Of a DNA stretch of 64,000 bases, positions 41,015 through 52,652 are shown in pieces. Under the pieces are notes generated by a model, which worked only from the letters and a program-made list of their open reading frames with translations, was not told the DNA's origin and searched no databases. Numbering within the stretch: the stretch's first letter is position 1; each line of letters begins with the position of its first letter. Source of the DNA: Paraspadella gotoi (taxonomy: Eukaryota; Animalia; Chaetognatha). The stretch spans positions 14,997,897 through 15,061,896 of the forward strand of contig CM119268.1 in NCBI GenBank assembly GCA_051294375.1. The letters run 5' to 3'. The position numbers and the translations under genes were made by a program.

Positions 41015-43087
41015 ATGCGTCGTAAAACAACTTTAGTTTCATTTTCGTACATCAAGGCTAAGTTTCTCATCCTGCTCGCGCTTATATCGTCTTCCACAAG
41101 AGTGAGTAAATATATGTAAAATGATTAATAGGTGAAAATACGACTAAACCAGTGCGATAAATTTGCGACAGTTTCGAAACGTAGAGGGTCGATCGAATGC
41201 CGGGTTCACTGAACTTTCCACCGACTCTTCGCCCCCAAATGATGACGACGACGATAGTTCGTGCCTTCTCATTCACGAGCTTTCGACGGGAGTGTGCATC
41301 CGAGCGGGACTTACCTCGTACCCAACGAAAAAGGGTAATATGGAAACGGGAGGAATGCCTGTAATACTTGGGGCTCGCGATATCTCACCAACAGGCGTAG
41401 GGGTTACGGACCCTCAGTGACCGCCTCCTGTCACCGACATGTTAAGCCCGGCTCCGTCACATTTAAGCCAGAACCAGGATACCCAGCGATTGAACCCGGG
41501 ACGCCCGATTGTCACGAGATGATTTAGCCTACTCAGCCATTGAGACCAGACTGAGGACGGGCAGTAATGAGACAGCTTTAAGTCTTGCTGCCACAGTAAC
41601 ACATTGGTTGTACCAATTACATTAAAAGATCACCATCAAAACGCCATACCATAAGTGATAGCATTACAAATGAATTTGCCACCCTCGTTCAGACCTTCCC
41701 AAGTACATCCACGCTCTCATCCTTTCGGAGAACCGGTTGGCCGTCCTGAACCGAACTCTTGCAATGACGACCTTCACCAAACTCAGGGAACTGGATCTTT
41801 CGAGAAACGTCTTGTCGCTCATTGAAGAAGGAGCGTTGGAGGGAGCCAAGCATCTGAGGAAGCTTGACCTTAGTTGGAATCGGTAGAATACGAATAAAGA
41901 AGATAAGTCGGTTTTGATTTACCCAATTTTCTTTTTACCCTTTAATGATCAGATTGACGCGCATTCACCGCGCCGCCTTTCGCGGTGCACAAAATCTCCT
42001 TGTGCTCGACTTGAGCTACAATCTTCTTGACGTTCTCGAACCCGGCGCCTTCAAAGGACTAAGAAAGCTGAACAGGCTGTGGCTCCAGAGAAATTTAATA
42101 AAAACTATTAGCGAAGACACGTTCGAAGGACTTCGTGGTCCGAATCTCGAATTTCTGTTTTTGCAGGTTACCATAAGTCACTTTTTCGTTTATGCGGAAG
42201 CATTTATTAATTTTATGCATACACTTTCCGAGTTAGATTTAATAGGATAATTCGATATTTGTTATAGCAAAACCAAATAAACACCATCAAGAACGGTAGT
42301 TTCCACATGATGACAAGTTTAGTGATGCTTCAAATCGCCGACAACCTCTTAAAAAACCTTTCCTTGTCGCTCGTCATCGAGATGGCGTCGGTCGCAAGGT
42401 TGGTATCGAAAATTGGGATAACGCGTAGGCGACTCGCGATTAACCTTTTTCGCAGATTTGTGAACTGGGAAGGGAATCCATGGAGCTGCGACTGCAGATT
42501 TTCAAACGAAGCAGTGCAGTCGCTGAAGAACAATTCATTCCAAGGTGCTTTTTTTGTTCGACTAGTATTAGTATTACTTAAGTATTGTGTCGTACGAACA
42601 TTAACCGCCTTACCATGTATTGGTTATTGCTAAACGGTAATTCCATAATCATTTGGCATTTGTCGTCGTTTTTTATAATTTTGTCCTCTATTCACATCGA
42701 TTACAAACTTAACTAACAGTAATTATTACTGTAATATTCTCGCCGTCCTAATTTAAATTTTTTTTTTGCGTCAGAAGAGTTACCAGTAATCCGATGTGTG
42801 ACGACGATGTCGTGCGAAAGCAAAGTTCTTCATCTGACAGAGAAAAGTGATCGAAAAGAGACGGTTTCAGCTTGGTCGGGTAAGTAAATTAAAGTGAGAA
42901 CGTATTACTTTCATAAATTAAGCTGCTAAATTGATCGCTTTTTTCAGGTGGCGCGATTGCTGGTTTGTTCTTCGCCGTTTCATTTACAATAACTTTCGTT
43001 CTTATATGCGTTTCTCTCTCCTGTTGCAAAACTCGAAGACAAAATCAAAATTATGGATCCTCTGAAAATGCATGTTACAATAAATAA
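41015..43087 (+). CDS. Single-pass leucine-rich repeat membrane protein (signal peptide, ~7 LRRs, LRRCT, TM, short tail)
   Basis: Signal peptide MRRKTTLVSFSYIKAKFLILLALISSSTR. Repeats LRELDLSRNVL, LRKLDLSWNRL, LLVLDLSYNLL and LNRLWLQRNLI. LRRCT GNPWSCDC. TM GGAIAGLFFAVSFTITFVLICVSL. Stop at 43087. Confidence 0.85.
41339..41595 (-). mobile_element. Solo LTR of the tRNA-promoter TRIM
   Basis: 257 bp, alignable end to end with the LTRs at 35804-36540. GTAA TSD at 41335-41338 and 41596-41599. Confidence 0.92.
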
Positions 43088-43679
43088 TGAAACTTACTCT
43101 CAGATAAGGTTCAAACTCCAAAAGAAAATAGCTCCGCTAAGCTTGACTCAAACTCGGCATTCAAACATACCAGAAAAAACGAAAAAAGTTCATTTGTTCT
43201 GTTGTCTAGTTGAATCTCGCTAGAATTTGAATTGTATATCAATACGGAGTTTACTTCCTCGTATTTCCAGCTGACAGACGGGACTTGATTATTCTGTATA
43301 AATGTGACCTGGAGCATCTGAACATTTGCCATGCAATTAAAAATATCATAATATCATCCACCCGTTTTTATTATATCAATAACAATTTGTAAAAGAACAT
43401 TTCAAATCTACTGAATATTGATTTTAAAAAAAATTGTACTTTGTAATTAATTTAAATTACTTTGATTAGAATTAAGAGAAATTTTGTTTTGTTTACAAAC
43501 AACGAATTTGTTTTTATTTTCAAGGAGAAAAAACGTACATGGTTCGTTGTTTGTAAACAAAACAAAATTTCTCTTAATTTTAATTTCAAACGAAACGAAA
43601 CGAAAAGCTCAAAATAACAATTACTTTGATGTAATTAAAAAAAATTTAAATAATGGATTTGTCGAATGTAGTGAACTTT

Positions 43680-44800
43680 AGCATCCTGAGAGGTAAGTAA
43701 GACAAAGCCATTGAGCAAATATGATATCCAAGTATCTTCTTTCTCCGCCAAAGCATGTCCTGCCAAATCGAATGATATAACATTTAGAGAAACTTTCATG
43801 GCTTTATTTGAATGTCAATGAAATAACTACCAGTTTTTCAAATAGTAGTAACGCTAATATTGAGAAAACTATTTTTCCATGTCACATAATAGGCCAATCG
43901 AGTGCAAATTACGAAAGTTCCACAAAAACGTCTGCAAGATATCTAGTAACAGTAATTTATTTATTAAATTCATGTTTTGAAAACGACATAAATCCGGACT
44001 TACTAATGGATCCACGAAGCTGCATTTTGGATAGGCGTTTTGAAATTCGAAGCTTAACAAATTAAAATCACTTGTCTGAGCGCTCCAAAAGTATCTGCTT
44101 TCCATTCGTAGATCGAAACCATCTAAAGAAGGAAAAACACGATCAAGTTTCTAATGAATTTTTATACTTAGTTGGGTAATGTGGCCTAACCTTGGGTAAC
44201 AGTTCGAGGCCGTATTTCAGCCTTCAGAGTCACCGGTTGTCCTAAAGGCAAAAAGTAGCCACTTGTCCAAATTTGGAAGTAGAATGATGAAATGAATTGT
44301 ACGCATTTTTCATTCCACAACTCGGTGAACACTGTTTCGGCCTCCTAGACGAAAACCTAATAAGAAGAAAAAAAAATACCGCGGTTAGAAATTTGCAAGG
44401 TAAAAAGTAATACACTGTTTTACGAGTCGATTGGAGGAATATTTATCAACACTATATTGTAAGAGAAAATGCGAAATAATAAATCTGGGGAAATAAGTTG
44501 CTTTCGGGGTCATTCAAATATAACAGATGTTACCAAGAATTTTTCATATATACGCCTCTCAATTTCAGCGTCCGCGGGACTCTTTTTGACAAGCACCGTT
44601 GGGTGGAGGTCCCGATTGTTGGGATAATGATTGGGTCGAAGATGTGGGGCTCACACATGATTTATGCCGGCCATCTCTTTTTTCTCTCGGCAGAAATATT
44701 CACAGAAGGTGGGGCTTCAAGGGTCGCCTTCATCTACAGACGTAAGAAGAAATTCGCAAAGAGAGCAAGAAGGATGAAGAGAAGAAGCCATGAGGTAATA
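43680..44800 (-). pseudogene. Probable decayed multi-exon gene of unknown family
   Basis: GT-AG-bounded coding-like blocks (WLLLFILLALFANFFL; HPTVLVKKSPADAEIERRIYEKFL; EAETVFTELWNEKC; GFDLRMESRYFWSAQ) interrupted by in-frame TAG/TAA/TGA. Confidence 0.35.
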
Positions 44801-44908
44801 CTGCTTTCCTATTGATGTACCGGATGATTGAAAACAAAGTTTTTTTCGTATTTAAATTATTAAAGTAAAATTAGTAACATTTTTTTGCAAAAATCTATTT
44901 AAATGCTA

Positions 44909-45095
44909 GGCTAAATTTTACTTTCGCCGACCGCGGTTTTCACGGCTTTTGAAAAATCATTTAAAAATATTTAAAAAAAAATTAAAAAAAACTATTCCAT
45001 AATTACCCTAACCCTAAACCCATTTAACCCTAAACCACCCCAAACCCTAAACTACCCTTCACCCTAACCCCGGTCGGCGAAAGTAAAAGTAACCC
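44909..45095. mobile_element. Merlin-like MITE with internal CCCTAA-like repeats
   Basis: GG...CC termini, ~28-bp TIR core ttttactttcgccgaccg, and a perfect 8-bp TSD aaatgcta at 44901-44908 and 45096-45103. Confidence 0.85.
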
Positions 45096-46194
45096 AAATG
45101 CTATTTAGAATTTAAATACCATTTAGATCTTGATGGGTAAATTAATTTAAATTACCACTATTACATCGGCTCCTAAGAAATTCAGCAACCCTGAGTTTTT
45201 AACTATCCGGGACCAATTTAAGCCTAAAATGAAATCGCTCAGAATTAACGCTTCATGAAAAGTGAAACCAAAAGTTGTTTAATCAAGCGTAGGGCATACT
45301 CACCAATACGAGCCTGAAATCTGAAAAGATCTTTGCGATTTATCTTGGGCTTGAAAAGCAGATAAAATCTTCATGACTTTTATTACTTAATCGAAGAATT
45401 TGGAAAAAGGTGAACGAATATCAAAATATTTAATCCTGTAATTTGTCCATCTTTTTCCAAATTTTCGATGGCTTTAGTTTCAAATTAGTAGAAAAACCTC
45501 TTTCCTTTTTGCTTCTTATGAATGAAGTGATGCGCCGAGGTTTAAACAACTTAACCCGAAAGATGAAAAATATTTCGGCCCAAAAGGAGTAGTTAAATTG
45601 TAGACGAAAATTTTTTTTCTTACTTGTTAATATCGAATCCTGGCTCAAAATTTACATTTATTTAAAAAATATTTTAAGAAACGAAATGACTAGTTTTCAA
45701 ACTTTCTGCCTAATGAAAGAGATTGTAATCGGTAATAATTTATAGGAGCAACAGTAATCACTTACGATACAACTATTACGAATATTTGGTCAATTTTACA
45801 AACAAAAAAAATCCCAAAGAGCTAATATTCAATAAAACACCCCAGAGAAAAAAAAGGGACTAAGAATGTATATAATAATTTTTTTTATTATACATGTATG
45901 TTGTGGTGGCATGATATTGGAGAGCTATCCGGTACCACTAAGGAGAAAAAAGTTATACCCTTTTAAAGCGGTACTAGGTAGTAACGGTTACCATATAAAT
46001 AATAAAGCCATTAATAATCAGAAGTTATAAATGTACAACCAGAAAAAACAATTTCATTTTAATAGGAACAAACAACTACTATTTAGCATTTACATATATA
46101 CATAGGTTACTCGAGGTCGAGCCGTCGTCGGCCTCGACCACATCTTAGAGCTTCCCTCTCGTGACGAGCTCGCCCCTTCCCTACTAACATATAG

Positions 46195-48283
46195 TCATCT
46201 GCTTATGCTATGGGATCTATCGTCCCTAACTCTCAACCCCATCCGTGAAGATAAACGGGCAGAACTGGGAAGTCGATCGAAAAACGGGTGCTTCAGGGCC
46301 TCACCTAAGGTCACGCGCTTGGCAGGGTCGTACTCTAACATTTTGGCCACAAGGTCGTACAGTTCCCTATGGTCCTCGTCGTCCCTCTTCCCCAAAAAGT
46401 AACGTTTCAGCGGCTGACAAGTTTCCCTCACATAACGACCGGCAGAGCTTCGCTCGTCCCAGTCCAGCCTTCCGCGGTGGAAATACTTGGATTTTCTGCT
46501 TTTCTTTATCATTCTATAAGGTAAGGGCCCCAGAATTCTCTCCATCATGGCGAGATGTTCTTTGTTGTCGTGTGTTTGGAATAGGGTCATGCCTTTAAAT
46601 AGCTCGTAGATGATGCAGCCGATGGACCAGACGTCACAGGGCTGTGCCCATCCGAGCTCGAGTATTACTTCCGGCGCCCGGTAGTGACGCGTCGACACCA
46701 CCGTTGAGTGATGTTCGTCGTCAAAAGTAGCTGAACCGAAATCTATGAGACGAACTGAGCTGTCCAGGACCTGAGTTATCAGTAGCACAAAAAGTTTGGG
46801 TTGGCCCAATAGACCAAAAAAAAAAGACACCGAAAAAAAAAAATTTCTACGTGTGACAAACGTTAAAATTCGCCATCATTATCTCCACAAAACAGATTAA
46901 GCAGAAAAAAACCCCAGTATTTACAAAGCTCACCTCTTTAAATGATTTGCCCCTGGAACTGATTGCCGTGGAAAAGTCTGAATTGACGAAGAGGATGTTC
47001 TCTGGCTTCAAATCAGTGTGAGTTAGACGAGATTCGTGCAAGAATTTGCAGGAGAAGATTAACTGGCGAAAAATAAAGGTTAAAAGTTAGTTCAAACTTC
47101 AAATTGTATCAAAGAAACAAACTTTTAATAGCCAGCTTAGACTAAGTTAGAGACAGTTTGAGTTTAGTTTAAATTACCTGGTACGCAATGTGTCGCACTT
47201 GTTCAAGAGGATAAGGATTGTAGTTATTGTCCTTCATGAAATCGAATACGGAAGTTCCCAAGAGTTCGAACACAATGCAAATGTGTCCACAGAAATCGAA
47301 CCAGTTGAGCATCTTGACACACAAGTTCTTCCCTGTTGCGAAACGAAATAAAATAATGAGAAATAAAATAACAACTCTTCAAACGCAAGGCTCGTTTACC
47401 AAGAAAATTACTCACCACGGGGATCTTGTTTGTTGATCTTCTCCAAAACGTTGATCTCCAGCTTGGCGGCATCCCTGTACTTGTCGACGCTCTTGATGAT
47501 TTTTACCGCTATTCTTGGTCCGTTAGGGTCGAGATGATCCGCAACCTCCGTCACCTTACCGAAGGTTCCCTCCCCCAAGTGACGTAAAACCTCATATCGG
47601 CCGTGGATGAGGTCGCCAGGGTGGTATACGAGATGCCCCTCGGAATCGTCTGTGGTCGGAACCGGCATGCTTAAAAGTTTCGTGTAGAGGGGAATAGCAC
47701 CAGCGGTGGTGTCGGCAGCCGAGAAGGTCGGTAGAAAATGATGTGTAAATCGGGAAAGCTGTAAATGAAAAATGTATATGTGGACATTCATGACCGTTCG
47801 TTTCGTTACATTATCTATACCTTGGAAGTTTCGAAAACCGAGTTCTCTTTGTCGTTGAGAAGTTTGGTGCCACGTAAAACTCGTTTTTCGGCGGCAACGC
47901 TTGGGCTTCTGCCAACGCTACAGCTGCTGTTGCAACGTCGGCTTCTTGAGGTGACGCTATTATTGGCGAGTCGACGGGAGCGTCTTCCATTGTCGTATTT
48001 GGATTGGACACGGCTGGACTTGGTTCCGATATTGACGCGTTTGTGAGACCGAGAGGTACTTGGGTCCTTGCGGGATGTTTTCGAGAGGCTCGCTCGGTAA
48101 TCGTAAGATTTTCTAAAGGAAAAAATATCGATTTGAAAAATTATGTGACCTCTACAGACATATAACCCATAGCGACGATTAATACAACATTAGGAGCATT
48201 TTAAAGAACTGAGTTTAATCAACTTACCTAATCTGCGATCTTGTTTTGTACAATGGAATCTTTATTCGTTCAATGTAGTTCAT
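46195..48283 (-). CDS. CLK: CLK/Doa LAMMER dual-specificity kinase
   Basis: [41 protein letters not shown] and [11 protein letters not shown] motifs. R/S-rich N-terminal exons, spliced in frame from an ATG at 48283. Confidence 0.95.
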
Positions 48284-48722
48284 TGAATCGATTTCACCAT
48301 AGCTGATTGAAAAATAGTAACCGCTTTTAATAATTTTTACGCCTGGGTTAAGTCACCTCATTACAATCATTTATTCGCGCACCAATCAAAAGGCTAAAAT
48401 TATCTCTTAAAAGTGTACAGACATGTCAGGTCAAATATTTATTGTGAAATTTGTTAGTTTACCTATCAATAAAAGTACAACAATATGGTATATCTAAAAA
48501 TAGGGGTAACTTTACAATTCGACGTCCGCAACCATCTCTAGCTACCACCGGTCGGTGCTTTGTTAATCCATTTAATTTTGTTTTCCCTCTACTCGAGCGT
48601 CGTGTCTTAGTCTCAGTCTCTTGTTTTTTTATTCAGTAATATAAACTTTATAATTTTATAATAAATAATAATTGTTTTTATGTTTGAGGTAGAAAATGAA
48701 TGGCATTTTTAATTTTTCCTTT

Positions 48723-49329
48723 AATATTTTTTATTTCTGTTATATTGAAATTGGTACAACCAATATACATTTGGGTAAAAATTAAGGTTACAATAAATTA
48801 TGGTTAAGAATAAATTAAGATAAGTGTAAGTTAACTAGAAAAATTAGTTAAGGTTAAAAATAAGTTAGGGGTAAGTTAGAGTTAGGGGTAAGTTGCCAAT
48901 AACTTAACCCTCACCCAAACTTACCTCTACCCCCTAACTTACCTCTACCCCTAACCTCTACCCTCTACCCTCTAACTTACCCCTTACCCCTAACTTACCC
49001 TTACCCCTAACTTACCTTACCCTAACTTACCTTACCCCTAACTTACCCTTACCCTACTTACCCTTACCCTAACTTACTCTTACCCCTAACTTACTCTTAC
49101 CCCTAACTTACTCTTACCCCTAACTTACTCTTACCCCTAACTTACCCTTACCCTAACTTACCCTTACCCTAACTTATTATTTTTAACCTTAATTTATTTT
49201 TCTAGTTAACTTAAACTTATTCTTAATTTATTCTTAACCATAACCATAACCAAAATTTATTGTAATTTTAATTTTTACCCAAATATATATTGGTTGTACC
49301 AATTTCATATAACAAAAATAAAAAATATT
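48723..49329. mobile_element. Foldback element with ~170-bp inverted arms and an internal (CCCCTAACTTA)-type tandem array
   Basis: gaaattggtacaaccaatatacatttgggtaaaaattaa...gttaactagaaaaa is mirrored at 49180-49329. No clear TSD. Confidence 0.75.
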
Positions 49330-51545
49330 TAAAAAAAAATATTATATCTGAATTCCTTTATTTTTTTCCCGAAACGTTATCCTTTTCCGTTCCATTTCGT
49401 TCCTCTTCTTTTTTCAATTAATTCTTTAAGAAAAACCTTGCTCTTCGTTTTCCCATAGTGTTGAAAAGACATCTCACCCAAAGACAGTCTCTTCTTCCGT
49501 AGTAGATTTTATCTTCTTAGTCTTCGAGACATAATCGTAGTCTAAACAATCGTTTGGCGAATGACGGCGACGGCGCGTCTGCGGCATTTTGACTTGCATT
49601 GGCGTGGGTCTTCAGGGCGAATACTGAGGCCTCAACTTCGAGTTGAAATAAAATACGTGATAAAAATTGAGAAAAATGTTAGTCTTTGGGACTAACAAAA
49701 AAGAATTGAACACAACTGACGTAAAATACCGTAAATGAGTAAAGTGGCGATGTAAAAGACTACCGTAGAAGTTAGTCTGCCAGCTGAATAAGTAATTTAG
49801 GATTACATGAAACGACTTCACGAACGATGAAAGTCTTGACAAATATTTCATTAAAAAACGAAATTCCGAACAATTTTCGATGAATCTTCAAAAGAAAATG
49901 GCTGAAACAAAGGGAAGTGGAACAGATGCAATTTCAGTGAGGAAAAGAACATTCAAATGTATGCGTGATCAGGGCCTGACTCAGAGAGTTGAATTTGATG
50001 GTCAATTGAGTTTCCGATGGCGATGCGATAGTTTTCGTTCCTTTTCCGTAGGTAGAGTCAAAACAAAAGACATTTTTAATAGTGTAACGAAGTTTCTTTT
50101 TTTGGCGTTTCTAAAATTAACTATTAAGGAAATTTTACTATTTTTTTAATTTTTAATTATTAGACGTGTGGTTCCTGTGAAATCCATGAAAATGATTTAG
50201 TATATTCGGATAAAATCCTTAATTTTCTTTTTGGTGAAACTTTTTTTTAATAAAACAAATTACATTTAAAATAAAAGTAATATTACGCTTAATGCTTATA
50301 GTTCCTCTTTTAAAATGATTTTGAGTACAACTAAAATTAAATATTACACTGGTGCGACTTTCCAGTATTATCATGATAGTTATAGTTATTATTTTTTTTA
50401 GTGTTTTATCAATATTGTTATAATGATAAATAAATAATAATTCTAAGCACCGCTTGTTCAAGACAGCATCTCTTTAATAGTGAAGTCGCGAAGATATTTC
50501 ATGATCACGTGATTAACTTTCATACCGAAAATTATGCTTCTTTGTACAAATTAGCCAAGAGCAAGAGACTAAAGAGAAAGCATATTCTCTGTTACACGAT
50601 TTGTCGGGAATTTGTTTCTCGATTCAGATTGGTTGCACAGCCAGTTACGAAAGAACTTAGAAATTCTAGGAAGAAGTTAGATCGGAAAAAACAAGAGCAG
50701 AGATCACGAGTTTGTGAACACTCCTGTAAACTAGGTTGCGAAAACGGATGTGATTTTATTTTCAGCTTTTATCAACGAACCAAAGATAGACATTTGATAA
50801 TACTTGAATTTCGGCCTGTTGAAAGGCGATATCATTTTGATAAGACTAATCTCTTCAAGAATGTTTTTTTATGCTCAAACTTACAATCCAACCAACCGAC
50901 AAAAAAGTTTCTTTTAAAGTCGAGTCTTTAGCCGCGACTTTTTTGTAAATTTTTTACCAATTGTAATTTTGTTAATTCATTTCTTTTTGAAAACTGTGAC
51001 GACTTGCTTATAATTTTTTTCCCGGAAACTTTGAATTTCATCGATTTCGCCTGTTGTCATTCGCGTTCTCCTATCTTCAAAACTTTTGATCTTGGGACTC
51101 CCAGTCGACAACCTCTTACATTATCTTTCCCATAAGTTTTTCTCCGATTTCAATGTTGATTTAATTTGCTCTTTAACTTTAATTAAACTAATTATCTTTT
51201 AGCTTCTTTAGTTTAGTTAATGCCCATGTGTCTCATTTCATCCACTATAAACTAAATCTCATTTTCGGCTTCTTCTAGTCCCATGCTACCTGTGTCGTTA
51301 TTCAGTTGAAGAAAACAGGTAAACTTTGACGAAGGTACGCTAAATTATTATTTTTAATAATTTTTTTCCTATTAATATGAATGCGAAATAGAACCAATAA
51401 GAGGCCGACGACAGAGGTTTCACTTGTACCTTAATCTACAAATTGACAAGCAAGCTATCAGGACCGATATTTAATTTTAATATTTTTTCAAGGTATAATA
51501 CTAAATACTGAATATTAATTCAGGGGTGTTGTGGAAGACATCGCC

Positions 51546-52580
51546 ATGAAAGGTCACCTGTATTTTCTTGTATGCTTGGTTGGCTGCGTCAGTTTAGTGT
51601 TGACCCAAAGGTGAGGGGAAACAAAAATTTAAAGATTTTATTTTTATTTAAACCGTTGAATACAATTTCACTCTCAAGAGTTCCTTCACTTCACAGTTCT
51701 AAAGGGGATCCTCCGAAGATATATTCTTACCATGTTCGGACCATTATTCAGTGAGTAAAATTTAAAACGTAAGGTAGTATATTTTCTATGTAGGTTCTGT
51801 GTTAACAAAAAAATTCAAAAAACTAAAAAAGGAAAAATAAAAAATTAAAAATTCAAAGATCTCGTTTCGCGACGACCAACATCGTCTCACGGGTGGTGAA
51901 TCCTCACACGGAGGCACAGGAGACAGAGTTTCATGTCACGCTCCCGGAGGCCGCATTTGTTTCTAACTTCATCATGGAGATTGATGGAAAAAACGTCACG
52001 GGTCAGTTAAGCGTCAATTGTCACCGGAAACGTAGTGCTACTGGTTTTATGAGGATGGGCTCGTTCAAAATCACCACAAAAATCCAAACCGATGTTTTAA
52101 ACAATGTTTAAACTTTAAACAATGTTTCAATCTTTCAAGGGGAAATCAAAGAGAAAGAAAAGGCTCAGAAGATATACGACCGAGACAAGAAAAAGGGTCG
52201 CACCGGGGGACAGGTGAAAATTGTGTATGTTTTCGTGTTTATCTGTGTGTGTAAATGAGACTGCGAGAATGTTCAACGCCCCGCCAAAGTTCAGGAGTTC
52301 ACGAATTAAATTCGAATAAAAACAGACTTCTTTTTTGAAACCTGTGGTAGGGCCAAAGTCCGTTATAGTTTATACTATGGAAATCTGTTCTCGTAAAAAG
52401 AACATGGGAGAAAAAAGATAAAAAACTTAAAAAGTGTTACCATTTTCTCGTCCAAATCAAAATGAGTAGACGAGTAAACTGATCTTTGTATTAGAGTGAT
52501 GCCTGTTTCTTAAGAATTTTCTTACTATACTTATCTATATCTAAGGCATGAAATGATTACAGCAAAATGATTATCTCAAC

Positions 52581-52652
<72 letters not shown>

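Noticed and set aside
44600-44791. Two in-frame TGA codons suggesting a selenoprotein
   Set aside because: Neighbouring blocks also contain TAG/TAA stops, no SECIS or redox motif is evident, and pseudogene decay is the simpler explanation.
48860-49175. True telomere or CRISPR-like array
   Set aside because: Degenerate units without unique spacers, enclosed by inverted arms of a foldback element in mid-contig.
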